A DNA stretch of 64,000 nt from Octopus bimaculoides (lineage: Eukaryota), in contig NC_068995.1 in the NCBI RefSeq assembly GCF_001194135.2, positions 44,333,393 through 44,397,392 on the forward strand. The letters are read 5' to 3'. The stretch's first letter is position 1. Each line of letters begins with the position of its first letter. Below are positions 39,170 through 52,113 of the stretch, piece after piece. The position numbers were made by a program, and so were the translations under genes. The notes beneath the pieces were generated by a model, which was given only the letters and a program-made list of their open reading frames with translations, was not told the DNA's origin and did no database searches.

Positions 39170-39582
39170 CACATGGCTGTAGGCACATGCATTGCTGTGT
39201 GGCTAAAAAGTTTGTTTCCCAACCTCATGATTTGGGTTCAATCCCACAGTATGTTATTTCAGGCATGTGTTTCCTACTGTAGTCCCAGGCCAACCTAAGT
39301 CTTGAGAGTGGATTCGGTATATGGAAACTGAAAGAAGTCCATTGTACATGAGTATGAATGTGCATGTGTTAATGATTCCTTGTTTTGGCACGGTGTGATA
39401 GTTGTAAATGGGTGTCACTGTTATACAAGCAGTGTTATTCATTTCCAATATCTAGTCATGGGAAAATATTACCTTGTCAGGACACAGGTGAGGGTTAGCA
39501 ACAGGAAGGACATTTGGCCAGAGAAAATCTACTTCAATAAACTCCATCCGACCCATTAAAGAATGGAAAAGTTGACATTAAA

Positions 39583-39614
<32 letters not shown>

Positions 39615-39615
39615 A
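39170..39615 (+). mobile_element. Long SINE (family A head plus RTE-type tail, (TGA)n)
   Basis: gctgtgtggctaaaaagtttg...ggaaactgaaagaagtcc...gagggttagcaacaggaagga...gacattaaaatgatgatg. Confidence 0.75.
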
Positions 39616-40420
39616 ATAATGATGACATATATGTAATAAATAGCCATCTTGTCAAACTCCTTTATATGTTTTGCAACACCAAAATCAATAAAGGCACAAG
39701 TTCAATGAAGAAATCACTGCAATATTCTTCACATTATTTCAAAATAATATTTATTTTCAGTGGCTGTACACACATAGTGAACAAAAATGTCCTGTAACAA
39801 ACATCCCATAAATGTGGGGTCCTAACACAATATAAGCCAGCTTTATAGAATCCTAATGCTAATGTAGTTCCAGTCTACTCGTCTCTTATTAACATAACTC
39901 GCATAGTTGGTTTAAATATCACCTTTCAATGATATTGATCTTTGGAAGTAGTGTACCCTATGCCACTACCTGCTTGTCTGTTGATTTTCAAGTAATTTCA
40001 ATGATTGTTGGTAGTTTCACCTGAAATACTTATTTGCTATATCCATAGCCACCAAATTGTGAGTGACTTAGTAGCACATACCATGTTTTAGGCATCTCTG
40101 GAGTCACAAGTAGTCACAGGCCCCACCCCTCTCACTCCCTCCCCACTTGAGCCAGAGGAACATTCCGGATTTAACAGCTGCAAGGGAGAGACAGACAGAA
40201 GGCTGCATCAGTACTCACTTGGTACTCATTTGCAGTTGAGTAGACTGGAGTAATGTGAAATGAAATCCATTACTCAAAGACATGATGCAGCACCTGGCCT
40301 AGAAACTGAACCCATGACTTTACGATCACAAGTTTAACATCTTAACTACAAGGCTACACTATGCTGTACATAGCCAGGAAAATCTTAAACCATCAGGAGT
40401 AACAAATTGTGTAGCAATAT

Positions 40421-40623
40421 TTAACCCCTTAGCATTTAAACCAGCCATATCCAGCCCAAATATTCTACCATTTTTATACTCAAACTGACCAGATATGACC
40501 CCTTATATCTACCCTACAATGTCATTCTAAAAATATACTCTCACATCATCAAAATTTTGAAGCTATCAGATAATGAATGATTGACTAAAAACAATGTGAA
40601 TAAAAAAGCAGCTAAAGGCTTAA
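40421..40623 (+). mobile_element. piggyBac-like MITE, TTAA-flanked
   Basis: ttaacccc ttagcatttaaacc...gctaaaggcttaa; same family as 7386-7570. Confidence 0.7.
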
Positions 40624-41077
40624 CTAACCGGAACTAGGAACCTAAATACCAACCAGTGCAGTATACTTAACTCGCTTGTCCATTCAATCAACCTAAAATA
40701 TACTTAGCCACTTCTCTATCTCTCTATCACTACTATAATACCCTCTGCTATTCTGAACTACCACACTGCACACCTCACCCCAAGCTTCCTTTATCTCTTT
40801 CATCTCCTCCATGCCTCACACACCAAACCCTACACTAAACAAGTTGCCTAATAATTTTATCCCAAAAGCTGCAACCATCAGAAACACTCTCTTTGAACAT
40901 CACATACATCAACCCCAGTAGCAACCGGCTCTGCAGGAATTCTTCCAACAAACCAGAAGTGAGTGAGAACAAACAACAGTTTACACAATAGACTTGCTAC
41001 TGTCTGTCTAAAGCTGACATGAAAAACACTTGATCTTCATTTAATCTATTCCTAGCCTGAGGGTCCCTGTCAACAGA

Positions 41078-41308
41078 TTAACCCCTTTGTTACCATATTT
41101 CTGTTGAAGCACACTGCCTTTGTTTCAAATAATTTTTTTTACAGTAATAAAGAATTTAGTAAAATAACTTAGCCATTATTAAGCTGATGTTTGGAACATA
41201 AATTTAACATGAAATTTTGAGCAAAGTTTTCATTTAGATCACTTTAAAACAAAGTTTGTATCATAGAACCATGAATGGTCTCCGATACGTTGGTATCAAA
41301 AAGATTAA
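41078..41308. mobile_element. Second TTAA-flanked MITE family
   Basis: ttaacccctttgttacc ... ggtatcaaaaagattaa. A related inverted fragment lies at about 45188-45365. Confidence 0.6.
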
Positions 41309-41419
41309 TGGATAAAGATTGCAATGAAATAAACTGAATGTTCTTTGTGCCTTAAGAGCCCTATTTTGCTTCATCACCATCATCATTATCACCACCACAA
41401 CCCCCATCATTATCACCAC

Positions 41420-41473
<54 letters not shown>

Positions 41474-42032
41474 TATTATGTAGCTTCCACATAATGACTG
41501 GACTTGTTCAATGGAGTTTACATATTTCCTTCTTTAAAACTCCTCTTTTTGCCATAAATCATTCACCTATGAGGTAAAAGTGCCAGTTAGTCAACCTACC
41601 TGACAACAGGTAGACAGACTGCAGTGAGCAGAATAAAGTGCTTTGCCAAGGTGTGCAACAATACACGAATTAATACAGAGATTAATGAGCTGACAAACCT
41701 CATAGTCACAATGCCTCACTGTATATAATCTATTATCTATTTAAACTTTCGACATAACTAAGAGACAATGAGGGAGATTCTATGTGGTTGCTCTATTTAC
41801 TAGAAATAGCAACCAAATCTCTAATTACATCCTGCAATTTAAAAAAAATGGAAAAGCACACTAAACAGAGTAGTCATGGGATACACAAAGCCTAAGAGAG
41901 AGACAGAGTAGCTATGGCTTTTAATCATGTTAGCTCAGTCAAGACCTAGGGCTAAGACAATGATATCTAGAAAATGACACTTAGAACAAAATATTTGAAA
42001 ACATTTAGGGGAAAAATAAAAAAACAATCTAC

Positions 42033-42139
42033 CTCAGCAATTTTAATAAATCTTCCTCTTCTGTTTTGTTTAACATCCAGGTAGAACCTTTTTGATTGTA
42101 TCATCAAAGTCTTGGTAGCAAGTTCCCGTTCATAAGAAC
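42033..42139 (-). CDS. PURA: Pur-alpha family exon (107 bp, phase 1 to 0): [36 protein letters not shown]
   Basis: ELA.K...[23 protein letters not shown] signature of repeat I. Acceptor tttattttccag, donor gtagat. Confidence 0.96.
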
Positions 42140-42709
42140 CTGGAAAATAAACACAAAATTCAAATTTAAAAGAAAATACATAGGAACAAACATTCAGATA
42201 AAATCTGAAAGAATCTAAAAAGAATTTAAATCAGGTTTCTTTTTTCTTTTCCTCCATATTTTCAGTTTATTTTTTTTTTACAGACTACCCGCTATCCCTC
42301 CAGCTGTAATCAGATATATAATTTATTATATTTCATAAGAAATGAATATATCTCTCTGAAACTTCATCTCCCTAATTAACCCCACAAAGTCTATAGATCC
42401 AGACTTTCACTTCATCAGTAGAGATATCAAGTTTATTCTTACTACCGACATAAACCAACTCCGCAACATTTCAGCAAAACCACATCAGTAGCAGCTGACA
42501 TAAACACACTTGTTTATTGGTCATTTTGAACACAGCTCTGGAGACTTTCAGATTAATTTAACATCAGTTCTCCAGTCATTAGAGTAATTTGACCTTATGC
42601 ACATGAACCAACAGACATTTCAGAAACTGTTATTTTAGTTTCAGCTTCACATGAAACTGGAGTCAGCAATGATTAAGATACACAAACACATATAAGTACA
42701 CAGGTATAT

Positions 42710-42743
<34 letters not shown>

Positions 42744-43299
42744 AAATAGTAAATGAGTATATGCATATATACGTACAGGTATGTGCATACCGACATCCAC
42801 CTGTATGTATAGGTGCAGATCTGGGTACAGGACATTGCAAACAAAACAGAGACGAGAAAACACACAAGCCACATAGAGAACATTCTACTTCATCAGCTAC
42901 CTCCGTTTTAACACCGGCGTTTCAAAGAGCTAGGCAGGACGCATCGTTCTTATATATATATATATTATAATAATAATAATAATAATTTTTTTTATAAGCT
43001 TAAAGTTTATAAGCAATCACTCTGTATTGACTAAAGAAAATAGTCTAATATTTCTAATATTGGGGCATATAAGCTCTTGACAGAAAAAAGTGGGTTTTCC
43101 ATATCTTTTTCCCATTGAGGGCTTATATGCCCCAGTATATGACAATCTTCTTCAGTCAATACACAGTGATTGCTTATTAGCTTTAAGCTTGTATAATATT
43201 ATCATTATTTACAAAGTTGTCACTCATCACCACTTCTCAAATCATCACATATATATATATATATATATCATGTGATTGACCATACTATCAAATATTGTT

Positions 43300-43556
43300 A
43301 TACATCACTGGTGACAATGTACTTTGCATTGTTGTAGCTTTTGAATGATGCCACCCACTGGCTGGGTGAGCAGGTCAACATTTGCCCTAAACAGAAATCT
43401 AGTCTGCTGCAGGGTTACCCATTTACAGCTGAGAGAACTGGAGCAACATGAAATGAAGTGTTTTGCTCAAAAACATAATGCACGGCCAGTCAGGGAATCG
43501 AAACCACAATCTCGTGATTGTGAGTGCAACATGCCTAACCACTATGCCATGCGCCT

Positions 43557-43558
<2 letters not shown>
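43300..43558 (-). mobile_element. tRNA-derived SINE (family E)
   Basis: Minus-strand head with A/B boxes (ggcatagtggttagg...ggtttcgattccc). The core tttacagctgagagaactggagcaacatgaaatgaagtg is also seen at about 40200-40370. Confidence 0.6.
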
Positions 43559-43594
<36 letters not shown>

Positions 43595-43979
43595 GTGCAC
43601 ACTCACAGATATACATCCACATGCATACATATCACTATCATTGTTGTCATCATCATTTTAACATCTACTTTCCTATGCTTGCATGAATTAGACAAAACTG
43701 GTTGAAGCAGACTTTCAAAGGCCAGATGCTTTTCCTATCACCAACCCTAACCTGTTTCCAAACAAGGAAATATTTCCCCCAGTCCTTTGAATGTGAAGAG
43801 TGCAATGGTCAAGCTTGTTTGTATAAAAGATTGCAAAAAATGACACCTCTTGTATAACAATGACATTTGTTTACAATAAGGGAGTGATGTCAAGACAAGA
43901 AGATGTGAACACACACTCAAACACATGTGGGCATGCATACACACATACATTTTTGTTAATTTTTCTACATCTGTTTATT

Positions 43980-44022
<43 letters not shown>

Positions 44023-44775
44023 GCACATACATGATGGACTTCTTCCAGTTTCTGTCTCCCAAATCTACTCATCAGATGTTTTGATTGGCCTAGTGTTATA
44101 TAGTAGAGGACACCTGCCCAAGGTGTCGTGTAGTGATACTGAACCCATAACCATGTGGTTACCAAGCCAACTGTTTAACCTCACAGCGATGCTTGCACTT
44201 ATTGCTGATGATTGTATACTCATAACTATCATAATCATCATTATGTGTAGCACTTTTTCCTGTTTTTCTTTTTTTATCAGAGGACATATTGGGTATTCTC
44301 CTGCCAATTTTTCTGATTAGATTCTTTACCTTTATATCATATTATTAGAATTCTGTTAATATATTAATAGAACTTCCCTTGTCTATTATCTGTAATTAGG
44401 TCAAACAGTAATGTCGCTGAATGGTGATTTTTTTAGCGAAATTCCTCAAATGTTTCTATTAAGTTCTTTTTAAATTCATCTAGTAGTAATAGTAAGCAGC
44501 TGTCAATGTGACAGGAGATTCCAGTCTTACATCTGGAGAGCTGAATTTATCAAGAACACACACACACACACATCACACATTCTTTATCTTTAATTTCCCA
44601 ATAAAGATCATGAAAAGTGAAATCTTATGACACAATGAAATATGTGACAGGACTTTTCAGATGCCATGAGAATTATTTCTAAACAAACATTTGTTGTAAA
44701 CAATACCAATATGTGCTAATAAAGTATTGGATTACTTCCAATTGACAGCAGGCCAGCTTCTGCTATTGTACTTAC

Positions 44776-44806
44776 CAACTGAGTCAGTATTAATATGACA
44801 ACCCAT
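44776..44806 (-). CDS. PURA: Candidate Pur N-terminal coding segment MGCHINTDSV(G) within a 53-nt exon (44776-44828)
   Basis: Strong acceptor gttttatttttactttgcag and donor G/gtaagtac. The ATG at 44806 is in frame with exon 42033-42139 via a phase-1 junction, giving a 232-aa product. Not homology-confirmed. Confidence 0.55.
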
Positions 44807-45386
44807 GTGAAGAAGGTCATATCTTACACTGCAAAGTAAAAATAAAACACAACCGACTTTCTAAGTACTAACCTAAATAAGAGACTAATGTCATTCAACA
44901 ACACCAGAGATATTACCAGGTCAATGTAGCTGGCAGGATTAAAGTTGACTACCTACACCTGATAAATTAAACTGCTGAAACAACTCATGTTATTTAGCAA
45001 TTAGGAAGTAACATGTATTAAACAATTAGGAAATTAACAAAATATTCAGCAGTGACATTTATTGCTATAACACAATGCTTCATAGACAACCACTGCATTG
45101 GAAAATGTGCTCATTGTTTTTAAATGATAAACTGGAATACAAAATGTTCAAGATAAAACGTAAATTGTTCCTAAACACTGGCTGCTTTTAACCCTTTGAT
45201 GCCAACCCACCTAAAACTGTTCCTGATTCTATGGTATAAATTCCCTGTTTTATAGTGATCTAAATTAAGGCCTTCTATCAAAATTTCAAGTTAGTTTATA
45301 TTTTAAAGACCAGTTTAATAACGACAGTTATTTTAATAAATTCCTCATTATTTTCAAAATTAACTGAATCAAGGTCAGTGTCCAAG

Positions 45387-46682
45387 GCAGTGAGATCAAA
45401 CAGATCCCAGACTAGTTATATTTAATGAAAAATAACTTATTTACCTAAGTTTTAACATCATCTCTTTCGAAATAGTCACCTTGCACAGCAATACACCGGT
45501 CCCTGCCATTTTTTGGAATCTGGCCTGGAAGTTGTTTTCCATAAGCAAGTCAAGAACCTTCTGCAATTCACTCTTGATCTCAACAACGGTGTTAAAATGG
45601 TGACCTTTGAGCTGCATTTTCATCTTGGGGGAAGAGATGGACATCCACAGGTACTAAATCTGGTGAATAGGGTAGGTGCAGAAGTGATACCATATTGTTT
45701 TTGGCAAGAAACTCATAAGTGAGGAAAGCTTGGTGACAGGGTGCATTGTTGTCCTGAAGAATCCAATTCATCATGCTCCACATGTCTCTCTCTTTTACTC
45801 TTTTACTTGTTTCAGTCATTTGACTGTGGCCATGCTGGAGTACCGCCTTTAGTCGAGCAAATTGACCCCAGGACTTATTCTTTGTAAGCCTAGTACTTAT
45901 TCTATCGGTCACTTTTTGCCGAACCACTAAGTTACGGGGACGTAAACACACCAGCATCAGTTGTCAAGCGATTGTGGGGGGACAAACACAGACACACAAA
46001 CACACATACATATATATATATACATATATACGACGGGCTTCTTTCAGTTTCCGTCTACCAAATCCACTCACAAGGCTTTGGTCAGCCCGAGGCTATAGTA
46101 GAAAGACACTTGCCCAAGGTGCCACGCAGTGGGACTGAACCCGGAACCATGTGGTTGGTAAGCAAGCCACTTACCACACAGCCACTCCTGCACTTTCACT
46201 GAATATTCTCCCTCAAACACTTCAAAACATCCCAGTAGAACTATCAAGTGATGGTCTGGCCCTGGGGGACGAATTCTTGGTACACAACATCATGGATGTT
46301 GAAAGGAATGATGAGCATGCCCTTGATTAAGCTACGGTTCCGTTGTGCACCCTGTGCCACTCAACACATTGTGTACAACCCATTGCCTCATTGCCATAAG
46401 CTTGCCAAAGCATGCTCAATGTCTCCGGAGCAGACTTCCCAAGTTTAACGCAAAAAATCACGCTTTCTTCCAATTTCTTGCCCATGACAAAAATCGCAGA
46501 CTACAGCATACACATGATCACAAAAACACAAATTTCACAACTTGCTAAGTAAACACAGAAATGTCACTTAGCACACTGCCTCATGAACATCACTGCTACC
46601 TCTCACTGCACACACAACCACGTGCTATCATTTGTTGGCGCACTACAGAACTAGTCCAAGAACTTTTTGATACCACCTCATA
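45387..46682 (-). mobile_element. Internally deleted mariner (Tc1/mariner) transposon, split by a SINE insertion
   Basis: N-terminal MGKKLEESVIFCVKLGKSAPETLSMLWQAYGNEAMG, EFVPQGQT, ILQDNNAPCH..FLAKNNM..LPYSPDLVPVD and KMKMQLKGHHF. TIR TATGAGGTGGTATCAAAAAGTTC at the 46682 end, degenerate partner at about 45387-45417. Confidence 0.85.
45787..46190 (-). mobile_element. Full-length young SINE family A copy inserted in the mariner ORF
   Basis: Complete reverse-complement match to the family pattern of 1116-1555. Confidence 0.9.
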
Positions 46683-49600
46683 TTTCAACATAAATACGGT
46701 AACAATAGAGTTAAATAAAGTTTGTTTTGGTAAACTTCAGGATTACTCCAGTAACAACAATATTTCCAATTCCTGTACTAATGGATTAACACAATATTAT
46801 CACCAATACTTTGAATTCATGTATTTCCATCTATCTGCTGCCACTATCTTTGCAACAGTCAGCATTGACTACCATATATAATGCTATATCTATCCACAAC
46901 TAACTGATTGTTCTGCTACCTTCACCAATAGTTCATTACTCTAAACAATCTACACAAAAACCAAGAGGGGAAACTGAAGCACAAACAGTTCAGTTGGTAA
47001 AATCAACAAAAACAACTGCCAACATGTTACGCCAATCAATAACACAGTTTACATGATATAATTAACATTTGATGGTTTGGGATTTCTGGTGAGTCAAGTC
47101 TAAAATGGTCAACTAATGGGAACCTTTTCTTTTTTGTTTTTTACTTTCCATTGTTTTTTGTTTTTTTGTACCATTCATAACTTTGTATTAGTCATGACAC
47201 TCAGACTGACAAGACTAATGTGAGTGATGTTTAACTTGAGCAACTGTTGTGTTTCACACAGATGATGTTCTGAGAAGAAAAGATGGAAGAGAGAGAGAGA
47301 GATACAAGAGAAGGAGTGAATATGCAGTTTGTTAGTTTAGAGTAGTTGTTTTCATCCAGGGGTCCATATGACTCTTAGAGATCCATATAACATTTTTGGG
47401 GATCCTACAGCAGCATTTTAGGGATCCATGAAAAAATTTTGCTTTAGCTGTATTTAACATGTTTCCAGCCATTGAAACATGTTCTTTCAAAGAGTGCTAC
47501 TTCAAACCTACACAAGTGAATGGGTGAAAAATAAAATAGGGATTTTGAAAGAAGTACCAATAAACTAGTTTTTAAAGATGGAATAGCTTTGGGGGTCCAC
47601 CAGAATAAAAAAAAGTGATCAAAGAGGCCTGTAAGTAAAAAAAATTGTTGAGAACCATTTGGTCTGAAAGAAAGTAAATGGCTGAAATTACTGCCTGTTG
47701 ATATGTGAACCTTTACCATTCAGTTAGAGATGATTTTCTTTATATGCAGCACAAGATCTTTATGTGTGCATCTAACAGTATTACCATCTTGGATATGTAA
47801 GCAGCACTGTACTGTCGTCTCAGATGTTTATGTGTTTATATAGCAGTGTTACAGTGTGAGCAGTACTGTAATGTGGTCTAAGATATTTTTGTGTGAGTGT
47901 TTATATAGCGGTTGTGCTGTCTTAGATATGTGAGCAATACTGTAATGTGGGTTTTAAACTGTCAAGAGTAAGCAGCTGATCACATTAAAGTATTTTGTGG
48001 CCCTGAAAAGAAGACTCCTCCTTCAGAAGCAGTTTTAGCAATTATGTTATAGATGTACCATCACTAAGAGAGACAATCAGTGTTTCTAACAATGTTGAAG
48101 AGTTTAATTATATATTGTCCTTACAGAGAGGGTGTAGTTCTTTTGGAAGGTTAAGGAGGATTGAAGAATGGTATCACCTGTTTGTGATTAGAAGAGCAGG
48201 ATCATTAATGCATAACTTATTAATTTAACAACATAAATGAACAATAACCAAGTAATCAAACTATGGCAACTAGCTCTAAAGTAAAACAAAAAATAAATAA
48301 ACCGGTAAAATTAATCTTGTTGCTGCTTAAATAGCCTCGAGCAGTCCAATAATACAGCAGTTTTAGCTGCTGGTTATTTAATAGCGAATGACAACTCAAA
48401 AGTCACTGCATGTGAAACTCATTCAACAACGAGAGATAGAGAGAGAGAGTGAGGTGGAGGGAGGGAGCTCATTATTGTAAATGCTCAACCACCACAATCT
48501 GTGGGATTCAGCAATACACAGTCCCAAGAGTAAAAAAGTTTCCATCCAACAACAAACATTCTCATATAATTTCACTTTTGTTTCTGTCTATCTCTTCCCC
48601 CACAACCACCATCATGTCCCCACCCAATTTGTCAAGTAGATTATCAAATTTAACAAAGCAGTCTTGTGTGTGCTTTGCTCCAGTCAAAACTAAACTGGCC
48701 AAGTTAATCAATTGTCCAGCTTTATCACATCCAACAATTATCAATTGCAGTTAAGCAGGGAATGGGTGTATATTAGCAGAGTAGTTGAGTTTTAATACAT
48801 CAACCTCACACAAAAACTAAAATGGTTAATGAAAATATAATTCTAGCTACATTAAGCAGTTAACTGCTGTTGCTCCTGCTGCTACCATTACCACCACAAC
48901 CATGACCACCATCCATGATATATTTTACTTGTTGAAATTCATAATTCCATGTATTTCGAATTTCTTAGAAGTTCCATTTTTATCTTTTCAATATTTCAAT
49001 TTTCTTCTATGGACCAGCAGCATAAGTCTGACAATTCTACAGCATCCCTGGACAACAATTAATCAACGTAACTTTATGAGGAAAACAAAATGATGAAATA
49101 GTTGCAAGATTCTAAAATATTTAATGAAATACCATAGAAACACATCCGATATAAGAGAAAATGTGAAGACAACGGTTTAGAATCTGATTGCATTGTACAG
49201 GCTTTCTGTGTATGCTTTAATGAATTTGAAGAGAGTAACTTTATGAAGATATTTTCATCATACTTTGTCTCCAAGTATATACAATGCTTACAATAGGTCA
49301 AGAACTTCATACTTTCCTAAATTCTCAACATCATCATCTAACCATCCCATCTGCAATATCTTATCATCAAACTACTTAATCTCAGGTCTTTCTTAGCTAA
49401 TCCCTACTTTAGAGATTATCCTATGTCTATACTCAACCTTCAGTTATTGATAACCCATGTCCCAATTAATTCTAAAATTAATTCACTTATCAAGAGTGAA
49501 AATTCAAAGTACAAAATATAATAGCCTACTAAATTAGCTTTTAAGTTAAACAACCTACTTATTAAAATACACATTATACACTACAGCTATGAAAATAAAC

Positions 49601-50110
49601 ACTAAACCTATTTAAAAGTACAATCTGACTATACCTGTTAAAATACAGGTCATATACCGCATGGCAGATGCTCAATAGTGTGGATAGCACAAAAACACCC
49701 AGTACATGCTGTAAAATGGTTGGTGTTAAGAATGGTATCCAACCATAGAAACTATGCCAAAGCAGATGTGGAAGCAGTCCTTAGACCTGTCGGATCCTGT
49801 CAAACTATCCAACCCAAGCCAACATGGAACATGGATGTTAAATGATGATGATGATGATGGCACTATAGATATTGAAATACACAATGCAGTTTATTGAAAT
49901 AGGCAATTTTCCTATTGAAATATACATCATAGGTACTGAAGTAGCGACGTAGCTATTAAAATACACAATCTAGCTATTAATATAGGCAATATAGCTACAG
50001 ATATAGGCAACCTAGCTTTTAAAAATGCAGAAACAAATCTAAAATTCATAATGTGATCATCTTAAATACAAAAAGCGAAAAAGTGGAAAAGTCAGCAATC
50101 AAACACACGT

Positions 50111-50172
<62 letters not shown>

Positions 50173-50875
50173 CAAGATCTCAGTTTGAAGGTCAACGAAA
50201 ATTACCATTGATAATTCAAAACAGTTAACAAATGTTATTTAGACAGTTCAATTTCCTGGGGTACATATTCACTAAACAATGATGAGTCAAAAGCTAAGGA
50301 CAAGAGAAATTATAGAGTTTAAAAGTGACTGGTATAATTATCTGTAGCCATAGGTACCTATCATCAACATCATCATTATTATTATCATTACCATAGCTGT
50401 TATGTTTGCTTTTTCCATACTGGCATGGGTTGAATGAGCATAATTGTGATTGTATTCTTTGGACAGACGAAGCCTCCTGCTGATGCCCACACTGACTTGC
50501 TTTCAACTGAAGTACTTTATTCCAATGGCTTTCATGTGTTGAACTGCCAAGTTACAAGACTTATTATAGCTACCAAAGTATTGCCAATGTAAAGACATAC
50601 GGAGACAAATATATATAACACATCCTCATCTTTATACATAGAGATTACAGGCACACACACAAACACATCACACTGCGCACACACACTTTTTACTTTCACA
50701 GATTTACTTACAAGACACTGATCAATCTGAAACTATAATATCTGAAACTTATCCAAGGTACCACACAATGGAATCGAACCCAAGACTATGATGTTGCAAA
50801 GCAAGTTTGTTAATCATAGTCATTAAAACTAAGAACTATTTACCTACTGCTAGCAGAAATAAATCTCTATTTACC

Positions 50876-51245
50876 TGCATATATGGGTACAGGACGTCAC
50901 CAACGATGCAAATAACATGAAACACCTAAACAAACGAGGGAAAAACAAGTGAAATATGTAAACAACAAGAAGAAAAAAAGATGGAAAACAGGACAAGTAA
51001 ACACAGAGAAAGGACCCTTCATCCGTTGTCAGCTATCTATCTACTCCTCATTTCAAGCATTCAACGAAATGAGGAGTAGGTAGACAGCTGACAACTGATG
51101 AAGGGTCCTTTCTCTGTGTTTACTTGCCCTGTTTTCCATCTTTTTTTTCTTCTCATTATTTACATATTTCACTTGTTTTTCTCTCGTTTGTTTAGGCATT
51201 TCATGGTATTTGCACCATTGGTAACATCCTGTATCCATATATGCA
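50876..51245. repeat. Large inverted repeat (about 180-bp arms, 11-nt loop)
   Basis: 50876-51054 pairs with 51066-51245 at roughly 90% by eye; differences are mostly transitions. Confidence 0.95.
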
Positions 51246-51303
<58 letters not shown>

Positions 51304-51352
51304 TATTTATTACTTAATTGAACGTGATGCATCCATTTCCAAGTAAGTTCAT

Positions 51353-51761
51353 CTACTATTTACCTAGAGCTAACAGAAATAAAACTCTACCATATACCTA
51401 TTGCTAACAGCAATAAAACTGTACTATTTATCTACTGCTATCAGAAATAAAACTGTACTATCTAGTGTGAGCTGCAGTAAAATTCTACTATTTACCTATT
51501 GCTATCAGAAATAAAGCTGTACTATTCACCTGAAAACTCTACTATTTACCTACAGCTAGCAGGAATAAAACTATGCTATTTACCTATTACTAGCAGTAAT
51601 AAAATTGTACTATTACCTACTGCTATCAGAAATAAAACTGTACTATTTATCTACTGCTAACAGCTACCTACTGCCTGCAGTAATAGAACTGTACTATTGA
51701 CCTACTCCTAGCAGCAATGAAACTGTACTATTTACCTACAGCTAGCAGCAATAAAACTGTA
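51353..51761. repeat. About 32-bp minisatellite (actgtactatttacctactgctagcagaaataaa-like), about 12 degenerate units
   Basis: Direct reading. One more unit lies at about 50833-50875, on the other side of the inverted repeat. Confidence 0.9.
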
Positions 51762-52032
51762 TATCATTTATCTGCCATATGGAAACCGATAATATATCAA
51801 TGACTTAACAACTGTATCATGATCATGCAGCAAGATGGCAGAGTCCATAGAGCAGTGGACAAAAGACCTGATACCATTCATGACTGTGTGTTCATAGCTC
51901 AAATCTCACAAGTTCAATTAACCTTCCTTTCTCTGTCCAAGGTTGATAAAATCATTACCAATTGGCAAAATATCCACTGAACAATAACAGAATTCAAACT
52001 TAAAACTTTCCCCACTCTCTCACTCACTCACT

Positions 52033-52113
<81 letters not shown>

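Noticed and set aside
48250-48800. Unique-looking block that might be a conserved enhancer
   Set aside because: No diagnostic feature visible without cross-species alignment.
51066-51110. GAAA ... CTGATGA as a hammerhead ribozyme core
   Set aside because: Could not fold stems I and III around the core by hand. An Infernal scan would be needed.
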